Below are positions 1-8,421 of a DNA stretch of 64,000 nucleotides, in pieces (position 1 is the stretch's first letter; every line of letters begins with the position of its first letter). A program made the translations under genes and the position numbers. The DNA is from an uncultured Verrucomicrobiae bacterium. GTDB lineage: Bacteria > Verrucomicrobiota > Verrucomicrobiia > Chthoniobacterales > UBA10450. The stretch lies in NCBI GenBank assembly GCA_963735805.1, contig CAVTMK010000002.1, positions 1,440,001-1,504,000 on the forward strand. Reading direction: 5' to 3'. A model generated the notes under the pieces. The model was not told where the DNA came from. It did no database searches and worked only from the letters and a program-made list of their open reading frames with translations.

Positions 1-1162
1 GACATCCCGAGGAAACATCACATTTGGTTTCATCGTAACGGATCGACGCCGAGTTATAAGAACGAAGGCATCGCCTACGAGCACGTTTTTACGACACAGG
101 GATTCGACGAAGCATATTCGATCATGTATCACCTGCGCCCGCCTACGCGTGTGCGCAACGTCGAGCTGATTAAGCATTGGGAGCCGAAAAAGGTGACCGA
201 TAGTCCGCTGCGACATCATCATTTGAAGACGGCTAATATTCCGCGGCGCGGCGATCTGTACACCGGACGCATTCCGATGCTATTTAACCGCGATGTGATC
301 GCGTACCGCGCCAGGCCTGCGAAGGCGTACGACAAGTTTCAATATTACAAAAACGGCGGCGCTGATGAGATCATTTTTGTGTTTCACGGCAGCGGCGTGA
401 TGGAATCCGTCTTTGGGAAACTTCCTTATCGCGCCGAGGATTACATTGTCATTCCGCGGGGGATCACATATCGGTTGGTGCCTGACAAGATTGAAGAGGA
501 AGATTATCTCATTCTCGAATCGGTTGGCCCGGTCCGGATTCCGCAGCGTTACCTGAATCACGAGGGGCAAATCAAAATGGGCGCGCCGTACCTCGGAGCG
601 CGATCTCCACGGTCCTCGCGAGGTAATTACAATCGATAAGGAGGAAGACGTCGATATTCTCGTAAAGGATGGAGCGCGACTCACCCGGGTGACGCTGGCA
701 CAGCATCCCTTCGATGCGGTCGGCTGGGACGGTTATCTCTACCCGTTCACATTCAACGCGCAGGATTTCGAGCCGATCACTGGAACATTGCATCAACCGC
801 CGCCAATCCATCAGACCTTCGAAATTCGCGGATATGTAGTGTGCACGTTTGCACCGCGCATGCTCGATACGCACCCGGAAGCCGTAAAAATCCCATGGGT
901 GCACGACAACGTCGAGGCTGACGAAGTTCTTTTTTACGTGCGCGGAAACTTTGGTTCACGGCGCGGAATCGAGAGCGGTTCCATCACATTGCATCCACGC
1001 GGGATTCCGCACGGCCCGCATCCGGGGACGATCATGGCAAGCAGGAACGCAACTCGCACGGAAGAGCTCGCCGTGATGTTTGACACGCAACACACGCTAG
1101 AGCTGACCGAGGAATCGCTCTCGCTAGACGACCCAAAATATCCGCAAAGCTGGCTTGAATAA
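1..1162 (+). CDS. hmgA: Homogentisate 1,2-dioxygenase, 5'-truncated by the window edge, with a +1 frameshift at ~592 (sequencing error or pseudogene)
   Basis: Frame +1 is open from base 1 (DIPRKHH...YSIMYHLRPPT...ADEIIFVFHGSG). Removing one C at 591/592 gives GAPYSERDLHGP... running into HPFDAVGWDGYLYP, HQPPPIHQTF, HDNVEADEVLFY and ITLHPRGIPHGPHPG (cupin Fe-binding motifs). Confidence 0.9.
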
Positions 1163-1231
1163 GGTGGATTGCATTCTTCGAGTGCGCTATAGAGACCGCT
1201 GCCCGGTGCTAGGTAAATCAAAATACGACGC

Positions 1232-1861
1232 ATGATTCAGAGCCGTAATCCCGATATAGACGTCGAGGAAAGATTCAGGCACGAGAACAATCGGCTTCCT
1301 GAAAAGGACCTCGACAAAATCGCCAAAGCATACCGTGCGTTGCTTCGCGACATCGGCGAAGACATCGATCGTGAAGGTCTGCGCCGTACTCCGGATCGGG
1401 CGGCGCGAGCCCTGGAATTTCTCACGCAAGGTTATCGCCAGGATCTCGACGAGATCATTAACGACGCGGTGTTCGATTCGAACGCGAGCGAGATCGTGTT
1501 GGTGAAAGACATAGAGTTGTATTCGTTGTGTGAACACCATTTGCTACCATTCATCGGCCGGGCCCATGTGGCTTACATCCCAAACGGTAAAGTGATCGGC
1601 CTCTCAAAGGTGGCGCGAATCGTAGATGTTTACGCACGTCGCTTACAGATTCAGGAGAACCTGACCACGCAAATTGCCCAAGCACTCATGAACTGCCTCG
1701 AACCATCCGGCGTCGCCGTGGTAGTGGAAGCAAAGCACCTTTGCATGATGATGCGAGGGGTTGAAAAACAAAACTCGGTAATGAAAACGTCGTGTTTACT
1801 GGGTGTTTTCAAGGACGACGCGCGGACCCGTTCCGAATTTCTCTCGTTGCTGAAAGATTGA
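1232..1861 (+). CDS. folE: GTP cyclohydrolase I (FolE)
   Basis: [45 protein letters not shown] motifs. Confidence 0.97.
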   Translation: MIQSRNPDIDVEERFRHENNRLPEKDLDKIAKAYRALLRDIGEDIDREGLRRTPDRAARALEFLTQGYRQDLDEIINDAVFDSNASEIVLVKDIELYSLCEHHLLPFIGRAHVAYIPNGKVIGLSKVARIVDVYARRLQIQENLTTQIAQALMNCLEPSGVAVVVEAKHLCMMMRGVEKQNSVMKTSCLLGVFKDDARTRSEFLSLLKD

Positions 1862-1869
1862 TTCGCGAA

Positions 1870-1951
1870 AGGTGGAGCCTGTTGTCCTGAACAGGCTGGC
1901 AAAGAAGGCGGCCTTGGCTCCAAATTCTTGCCTAAGTATGACGCTCCATCT
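1870..1951. repeat. REP-like element (GTGG-type) between convergent folE and doxX
   Basis: AGGTGG followed by 8-bp hairpin AGCCTGTT-gtcctg-AACAGGCT; inverted end GCTCCATCT near 1943-1951. Confidence 0.55.
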
Positions 1952-1981
1952 CATGTTTGCGGGGCATTAATTTGCGAACAC

Positions 1982-2398
1982 TTACGTCCGCGAGAATTGC
2001 TCGCTTAAGCGCGCCAGTGCAAGAGCTGCAAGGAGCAGCCCGAAATCACGCAGCGCCACATCAAAATACCCCGGAATCAGCAGGAGGTTTATGATGATCA
2101 GCGCCAGCCACGCGGCGACGATGTAAGCGAAGATTCGTGGTTTAAGCGCCACTCCAATTCCAGCCACAATTTCGATTGCGCCGACGACAAGCATTAACGT
2201 GTGTGCAGGTACGGGTGAAACCTTGGCTACCGTTTCGGGAATATATTGGTCCCAGTTAACCAACAAGTGAAAAAACTTGTCCAACCCGGCAAGGATGGGA
2301 GCGACTGTGAAACCAAAATGCAGGAGCCGGTATGCCTGCTGGGCGGGCGAACTGGCAGCTGTGCTGGTGACGGCAGATTGATCAATGCTCGTATTCAT
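1982..2398 (-). CDS. DoxX-family membrane protein
   Basis: PILAGLDKFF...NWDQY, VGAIEIVAG, YFDVALRDFGL; four hydrophobic segments; ATG at 2398 preferred over TTG at 2407. Confidence 0.8.
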   Translation of the reverse strand: MNTSIDQSAVTSTAASSPAQQAYRLLHFGFTVAPILAGLDKFFHLLVNWDQYIPETVAKVSPVPAHTLMLVVGAIEIVAGIGVALKPRIFAYIVAAWLALIIINLLLIPGYFDVALRDFGLLLAALALARLSEQFSRT

Positions 2399-2426
2399 GG
2401 CCGGCAATTTGTTGTATTAGTTATAA

Positions 2427-2449
2427 TAAGTCAATAACTTATTTGACTA
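2427..2449. promoter_or_regulatory. Palindromic candidate operator TAAGTCAA-N7-TTTGACTA (site 1)
   Basis: taagtcaa-taactta-tttgacta between divergent doxX and folE2; same architecture as 3804-3826. Confidence 0.6.
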
Positions 2450-2482
2450 TTGAACCGCAAGCCCGTTTCTTTCTGGCGCGTA

Positions 2483-3129
2483 ATGAACACTACCTTGGAC
2501 ATCTATCCCGCCATGAACGGAGTTGCGAACGGATGCAACGGAGAAGATGCAGCCGTTCGTGTCTGCAACTATGACGAGACCGTTTCGCCAGATCGCCTCG
2601 AACGGGCAACACTTGCAAAGGTCGACTCTCAGGTGTTGCTCCGTGAGCTTCTGCGTCGCATCGGCGAGGACCCCGATCGCGAAGGATTGCAACAGACTCC
2701 GGCGCGGATCATCCGATCTTGGAGCGAACTATTCAGCGGCTACGGGAAGCAAGCGGAGGACGTCCTCCGCACCCAATTTCACGCCGAGCGGTACAACGAG
2801 ATGGTACTTCTTCGCAATGTCGAATTCTATTCCACCTGCGAACATCACTTGCTGCCGTTTTCGTCGGTTTGTCGAAACTGGCGCGGTTACTTGATATTTT
2901 TGCGCGGAGACTCCAGGTACAGGAACGCCTGACCCGGCAAATTGTCAGCGAGCTGGAGCGCTTGCTCAAGCCAAAGGGGGTCGCCGTGATGATAGAGGGT
3001 AGACATCAGTGCATGAGCTGCAGGGGCGTGCGCAAGCGGGACGGAAAGATGATTACCAGTTGCCTCTTCGGCACGTTTAGAGAGAACGCTGCCAGCCGAA
3101 CTGAGTTTTCCTCGTTGTTAAGAAACTAG
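2483..3129 (+). pseudogene. folE: Second GTP cyclohydrolase I with a ~40-nt internal deletion and frameshift
   Basis: IGEDPDREGLQQTPAR...[10 protein letters not shown] in one frame, then after only 2 nt (2861-2862) VGLSKLAR...RRLQVQE...HQCMSCRG in another; the 14-residue [14 protein letters not shown] segment of the intact paralogue is missing. Confidence 0.85.
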
Positions 3130-3146
3130 ATTCCCCGCGCGAATTC

Positions 3147-3791
3147 TTATTTCACCTCGAAGCGACAGGAAGGCTGGGGTCCAGTGATGCAATGTGCTTT
3201 GACCGGAGTTCCAATTATCTCGGTGAGCAAGGATTCCGCCAGAAGACATGCTTCAGGGTGATTCGCGGTAGCTGCGGCAATTGGACAGCCGCTGCCACAG
3301 ATGAAGTCTTTCCCATTTTCCTCCCGAAACGTGGCCATCCCGCCGAGCTCCTTGAGAATGCCAAGAGCAGCATCGATTCTTTGCCGCCGGGTTTTGCCTT
3401 TTACCTCGAAGAGATGTTCCTCCGCTACGCTACGTCCGGCGGCACGCATTCCGGCGCGCAAGGTTCTTGGCTTAAGCTGTCGGGAAAACATAGCCATGAT
3501 AAGCGAGACCAAGCGGCCGTATGCTTTCGGAAAAACCTGTTCGGATTCCGGCCCGAGAACATACGTGGCGTGTGGTCTGCGAATTCCCGGTCTCATACCT
3601 GATTGTGCCACGAGTCTGTCCCGCTCAAGACTGGCAAGATGTGCGCGCACCGCGTTGTCAGTCAGGTGCAGCGCGTCCGCGAGTTCGTTCACTGTGCACT
3701 CTCGAGCCCGGAGGAGTTCGAGGATTTTCCCCCGGGTACTTTTGAACAGGCGGTCTTGCGAGCCTATATACTTCATTAGATTAACGATCAT
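3147..3791 (-). CDS. ArsR/SufR-like HTH transcriptional regulator with C-terminal Cys cluster
   Basis: TRGKILELL...TVNELADALHLTDNAVRAHLASLERD HTH; GCPI...HPEAC...HC...SCRFEV; alternative ATG at 3776. Confidence 0.85.
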   Translation of the reverse strand: MIVNLMKYIGSQDRLFKSTRGKILELLRARECTVNELADALHLTDNAVRAHLASLERDRLVAQSGMRPGIRRPHATYVLGPESEQVFPKAYGRLVSLIMAMFSRQLKPRTLRAGMRAAGRSVAEEHLFEVKGKTRRQRIDAALGILKELGGMATFREENGKDFICGSGCPIAAATANHPEACLLAESLLTEIIGTPVKAHCITGPQPSCRFEVK

Positions 3792-3803
3792 GCGTATTCC
3801 GAT

Positions 3804-3826
3804 TAAGTCAAAAGAAGGTTTGACTA
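3804..3826. promoter_or_regulatory. Palindromic candidate operator TAAGTCAA-N7-TTTGACTA (site 2)
   Basis: taagtcaa-aagaagg-tttgacta between the regulator and the PTPS gene; matches 2427-2449. Confidence 0.6.
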
Positions 3827-3859
3827 ATTCTGGATTCGAAGTGCGTTCGCCGGTCGCTA

Positions 3860-5092
3860 ATGGGTGAGGGGATGGCGCTTATGCTCTTGACGGTTAGCAA
3901 GCGACTTGAATTTTCGGCCTCGCGACGGCTGTTCTTTCGAGAATGGAGCGATCAGGAAAACCTCGCGGTTTTCGGGCCCGAAACGAAAGCGCGCCATGGA
4001 AGCGGCCGCAACTACGTCGCTTATTTCGTTTTCACCGGCCCAGTAAATCCTGCTACGGGGATGCTGATTAACATTAGTGAGATCAAGGAGCGCGCTGGCG
4101 AGATTCTCCGCGAGCGATTTGATCACAAATTCCTCAACGAAGATAACCCGTCTTTCCAGAAAGTTCCGCCTACTGTCGAAAACGTTGCCCGCCAACTTTA
4201 TCTCGATGTCGCGCCGTTATTTTCTGACGATGTGGCGCAACTTGTTGCTTGTCATCTTAGCGAGTCACCGGAGAGGAGCGCGACATTCTATTCCACTGGC
4301 GTCTGTGAAGGGAACTATTGGTTTGAATTTTCATCGGCGCGCAAGACCATGTCGCCTCTGTTAAATGCCGAGGAAAACGCGCGTTTGTTTGGGTCGGCCA
4401 CCTCTATTCACGGACACCATTATCGCGCGCGTCTTACATACCGGTCTAATAAAGCCATTAGCGATGTGCCCTTGGTTCGCCACGATGCTGTCGACGCCTG
4501 CTTGCGTGCTCTGCACGAAGAACTCGACCACCGCTATCTGAACGAGGAAGTGGCTGGCTTGGAGAATCGTGCCATCACGACGGAGAGTTTAACGCATTAC
4601 ATCTACGAACGGGCAAGCTCAATGACCCCGCTGGATCGTGTTCGCCTGCATGAACGCGCGGATTTTTTTGCCGAGGCGTGGAAGGACAAAACCATTTTCC
4701 TTGGAATGCGGATGCCATTTTATGCAGCACACCGATTGTGTGCGGCTACGCTTTCCGACGCCGAAAACGCGAAGCTTTACGGCAAATGCAATAACCTCCT
4801 GGGTCACGGCCATGGTTATCTGACAGAGACAACCATTGGCGGAGATTACGATGAACGCAGCGGAACACTCTACGATTTTGTCACATTGAGGAGGGTTATC
4901 CATGAATCGCTGGAACCATGGCAGGATCGACATCTGGATCTGGAAACAGAGGACTTCCGCGATTCGCCTTCCACGGGAGAAAACATTGTGCGTGCCCTCT
5001 GGCCAAGGATTGATAACCGTCTAAATCAGCGACTCGTTAGGCTACGTTTATGGGAGACGGCGAATAACCGGTTTACGCTGCGGCGAACCTGA
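3860..5092 (+). CDS. Triple-domain 6-pyruvoyl-tetrahydropterin synthase (PTPS/QueD superfamily)
   Basis: Three tandem T-fold repeats (FSASRRL..., FSSARKT...IHGHHY, FYAAHRL...GKCNNLLGHGH...STGEN...WETANN); start could be 3872 or 3881. Confidence 0.9.
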   Translation: MGEGMALMLLTVSKRLEFSASRRLFFREWSDQENLAVFGPETKARHGSGRNYVAYFVFTGPVNPATGMLINISEIKERAGEILRERFDHKFLNEDNPSFQKVPPTVENVARQLYLDVAPLFSDDVAQLVACHLSESPERSATFYSTGVCEGNYWFEFSSARKTMSPLLNAEENARLFGSATSIHGHHYRARLTYRSNKAISDVPLVRHDAVDACLRALHEELDHRYLNEEVAGLENRAITTESLTHYIYERASSMTPLDRVRLHERADFFAEAWKDKTIFLGMRMPFYAAHRLCAATLSDAENAKLYGKCNNLLGHGHGYLTETTIGGDYDERSGTLYDFVTLRRVIHESLEPWQDRHLDLETEDFRDSPSTGENIVRALWPRIDNRLNQRLVRLRLWETANNRFTLRRT

Positions 5093-5099
5093 AGCACAT

Positions 5100-5163
5100 G
5101 TGAGGACGGACCGCCGGGCCGTCCGTTCTATTGCACGAGGCGGCGGCTGGCGATCGCAGCCTT
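5100..5163. repeat. Degenerate REP-like hairpin pair between PTPS and SDR
   Basis: GGACGG-accgccggg-CCGTCC hairpin, then ggctg-gcgatcg-cagcc hairpin. Confidence 0.45.
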
Positions 5164-5171
5164 CAATTTTT

Positions 5172-5864
5172 ATGAAACGATATCTTATCACGGGCGCAAG
5201 TCGCGGGATTGGCCGTGCGATTGCCGAAAAACTGGCAGGTCCGGATATTGAATTGCTTCTCCACGGGCGGGATACGGTGGCTCTGGCCAAGGTATGTCGT
5301 TGTGTGAAGCACCATTGCGCACGTGTGGTTCGCCTGATTCATGATCTTGCTGTTTCGTCAGGCGTTTCCGATCTAATCGACCAAGTTGGAAAAAAGCCAC
5401 TTGATCTGTTGGTGAACAACGCAGGCATCGCGATCGTAAAGCCCTTTTGCGAAATCACACCCATTGAATGGAAACAAACCGTCGGCGTAAATATCACTGC
5501 GCCCTTTATGCTAATGCAGCATTTTGCGCCCAACATGCCGCCTGGCTCCAGCATCGTTAACATTCTTTCGATCGCAGCAAAGACGGGTTTTGCGAATTGG
5601 AGCGCCTATTGCATGAGCAAGTTTGCGCTCGAAGGTTTCTCGCAATGCGTGCGTGAAGAATTACGTGATCGCAAGATCCGGGTACTCAACGTTTATCCTG
5701 CTGCCACCGACACCAACATCTGGACGCAAATCGAGGGGAAATGGCCGCGCCCGAAGATGATTTCCCCAGAAAATGTCGCCAGCGTTGTGGCGTACGCACT
5801 GTCTCGTCCCCCGGACGTCACGTTGGAGAATATCAGTATTTCCAGCTTGGCTGGAAATCTCTGA
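5172..5864 (+). CDS. Short-chain dehydrogenase/reductase (candidate sepiapterin-reductase-like)
   Basis: TGASRGIG, NNAG, YCMSK catalytic motif; directly downstream of PTPS. Confidence 0.9.
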   Translation: MKRYLITGASRGIGRAIAEKLAGPDIELLLHGRDTVALAKVCRCVKHHCARVVRLIHDLAVSSGVSDLIDQVGKKPLDLLVNNAGIAIVKPFCEITPIEWKQTVGVNITAPFMLMQHFAPNMPPGSSIVNILSIAAKTGFANWSAYCMSKFALEGFSQCVREELRDRKIRVLNVYPAATDTNIWTQIEGKWPRPKMISPENVASVVAYALSRPPDVTLENISISSLAGNL

Positions 5865-5892
5865 TTCCTTAGTCTTGGTGTTATCCGTACGT

Positions 5893-5967
5893 TGTAGCCA
5901 CGGCTCTGTCAGCCGTTTTCCCAAGGACTGCGTTCCCGAAAGGCACCGGCCGCAGGCAGGTGGCTAT
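5893..5967. repeat. GTAG-type REP inverted doublet
   Basis: GTAGCC-ACGGCT-ctgtc-AGCCGT ... accggccgcaggcag-GTGGCTA; terminal inverted repeat TAGCCAC/GTGGCTA. Confidence 0.65.
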
Positions 5968-5989
5968 GCAGCAGGGAAGATTTTGTCCT

Positions 5990-6839
5990 ATGATTAAAGC
6001 GCTGCAGAGCGAGCTCAGTATCAACGTTATCGCGTCGATTATCGTCTCATTCCTCTTTCTGGTCGCAGGGTTTCTGTGGGGCAAGTATAAGGAACAGCGT
6101 CGGAAGTTTGGGCGAAACCTCGAAGAGTACAGATTTCTATCCATTCACCGTTACCCGCGAAAACTTCGGCGAATTCAACCTGAAGGATTTTCGCCTGGGG
6201 ATGCATTATTTTCTCAAGAACGAAGATTACACCGCGGCGCGACAGCTTATTTTCATCGGCGAGCAGAACAATGTACGCGCGCAACTCGAACCCACCGAGC
6301 AAAAGGTTTACGCGCAGCTATTCGAGAAATATGACGGCAAAACCATCGCCGACGACACGCAGGAATTTCTTGAAAACTACGAACGGATTGTGCGCCTGAT
6401 GGGAAAATCGTTTCCCAATACCGGAATCGAGATCTTGCTGCACAACCTGGCCGACCCCGCACATTCGCTTATTACGCTCGAAAATAATGTAACCGGACGA
6501 CACCTGCGCGATGGCACAACAAATCTGCTGATTGATCTCAAACGCCGCCAGCTCCTCAACGAAGAGAAATTAAATTACGAGCTGAACATCGGGGCGCGAA
6601 AATTCAAATGCACGACGATTCCAATCAAACGCAAAGAATTTGGAATTGTTGGTGCGATCTGCATCAACATCGATGCCAATTATATCACCGAAGAAGTGTT
6701 GAAAGATCGACAACGAATCGAAACATGGTTCCGAAACTTTCTTCGCACCGACATGCAACTCGACGAAAATATTCTGAGCAAGGATGAATACGCGAATGCG
6801 CTCAAGGGCAAACGCCACTTCAAGGAGGAAACAACTTAG
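5990..6839 (+). CDS. Membrane-anchored YheO-like PAS-domain protein, +1 frameshift at 6131
   Basis: N-terminal TM (VIASIIVSFLFLVAGFLW); removing A6131 joins ...NLEEY to DFYPF...; EILLHNL...SLITLENNVTGR...GAICINID resembles the YheO-type PAS domain. Confidence 0.7.
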
Positions 6840-6962
6840 CAGGCAATCCACCATTTCGAGCGGACTCGCTCGACACTAAAGCTCCACGAAAGCTGGCTTA
6901 ACATTTCGCGGAAAAGGAAAGTTTCGAATCCAAAGCGGGGATCGATTGCATCACAAAGAGAG

Positions 6963-8372
6963 ATGGACAGTATCAGAATTGATCTATTATGGCTCGGATT
7001 GATCCTCTGCTTCTTGTCGGTGGCCTGTATCGATGCCGGCGCTGCCGACGAACCGGAAAACGCCCAGATCGACGATTGCCAAACAGGCGTTTATCGCTTT
7101 TCAGACGGAAAAATTCTCGACATAGCACGATCTGAGGGCGACACGTTTCGCTGGCGTACATTCGACGGCGCAACCGGGGTTTTGCATAAGATGCCGGACG
7201 GCTCCTGGACAAGCACGCTCGGATGGACAGATCATCCAGATGGGCACACTGCATCTTTCGCGCGCTGCGCGACGGGTGAAATCGAATTCGACCACAAGAC
7301 AGCTCATCGGATTCCGCTCGACGTGACCAATACGGTTTTCGAGGGTCGTTGCGGAGTTAAGCTCGCGGGCAGATTAGTGTTGCCGAAGCGCAAGTATCCA
7401 GTTCCGGTCGTGGTCCTCATTCACGGTGCCGAAAGGGAATCTGCGCGAGAGTCGCACGCGCTCCAACGACTGTTACCGGCCGAGAATGTTGGCGCTTTTG
7501 TGTATGACAAGCGTGGAACGGGCGGCTCGGAAGGCAAATATACGCAAGATTTCGATACGCTCGCAGATGACGCCGTGGCTGCGATGCGAGAAGCCAGGCG
7601 GATTGCAGGCACACGCTGTGTGAGAATCGGATATCAGGGTGGTAGCCAGGGAGGCTGGGTCGCGCCGCTCGCTGCGACGCGTGCCCCTGTCGATTTCGTT
7701 ATTGTTAGTTTCGGATTGGCCGTCTCCGTCATTGACGAAGACCAGGAGGAGGTTGCGCTCGAGATGCGCCTCAAAGGTCATAGCCAGGAGGAGATTTCAA
7801 AGGCGCTGGAGGTTGCATCCGCGGCCGAGGCCGTGTTTGAGAGCGGTTTCACCAAAGGTTTCGAACGTTTCGATGCTGTGAGAGCCAAGTACCGCAACGA
7901 GCCTTGGTACAAAGATGTGCATGGTAACTATACGCATTTTATTTTGCCGTACAGCGCGTCCGAGGTACGCGAGAAGTTTAAGGATTCTCTTCCCGGCACG
8001 CCGTTCCGCTACGATCCCATGCCTATGCTTCGCGCCGTCAAAGCGCCGCAGTTGTGGATTCTCGGAGAAGACGACCTCGAAGCGCCGAGCGCGGAGACAT
8101 TTCGCCGTATCAAAATGCTGATCGGGGAAGGAAAGCCAATTACGCTCGCCCTATTTCCTCATGCCGAGCACGGAATGACCGAATACGAATTTGATTCAAA
8201 AGGCGAGCGCGTCTCGACACACTATGCGCCGGGTTACTTTGCCATGATGCGTGACTTTGCGCGAGACGGCCAGATATCGGGCTCCTATGGATCAAGCGTT
8301 GTCGTCAAACCGGAGACAGTCCAGGGAAGTCGAGCGATTCCTAGTCCATCACGCACACAGGGCGAACAGTAG
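6963..8372 (+). CDS. Secreted alpha/beta-hydrolase (peptidase S9/esterase-like)
   Basis: Signal peptide; VVLIHG, YDKRGTGGS, GGSQGG nucleophile elbow, GEDD, AEHG. Confidence 0.85.
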   Translation: MDSIRIDLLWLGLILCFLSVACIDAGAADEPENAQIDDCQTGVYRFSDGKILDIARSEGDTFRWRTFDGATGVLHKMPDGSWTSTLGWTDHPDGHTASFARCATGEIEFDHKTAHRIPLDVTNTVFEGRCGVKLAGRLVLPKRKYPVPVVVLIHGAERESARESHALQRLLPAENVGAFVYDKRGTGGSEGKYTQDFDTLADDAVAAMREARRIAGTRCVRIGYQGGSQGGWVAPLAATRAPVDFVIVSFGLAVSVIDEDQEEVALEMRLKGHSQEEISKALEVASAAEAVFESGFTKGFERFDAVRAKYRNEPWYKDVHGNYTHFILPYSASEVREKFKDSLPGTPFRYDPMPMLRAVKAPQLWILGEDDLEAPSAETFRRIKMLIGEGKPITLALFPHAEHGMTEYEFDSKGERVSTHYAPGYFAMMRDFARDGQISGSYGSSVVVKPETVQGSRAIPSPSRTQGEQ

Positions 8373-8421
8373 GCGATTCCTCGCTTCTGCTTTCGTCATT
8401 CGTTCGTGATGGCAACGAGAC

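Noticed and set aside
3860..5092. Queuosine or 7-deazaguanine DNA-modification cluster (folE + queD)
   Set aside because: No queC/queE/queF/dpdA nearby, and the motif is C-x5-HGH rather than QueD-type.
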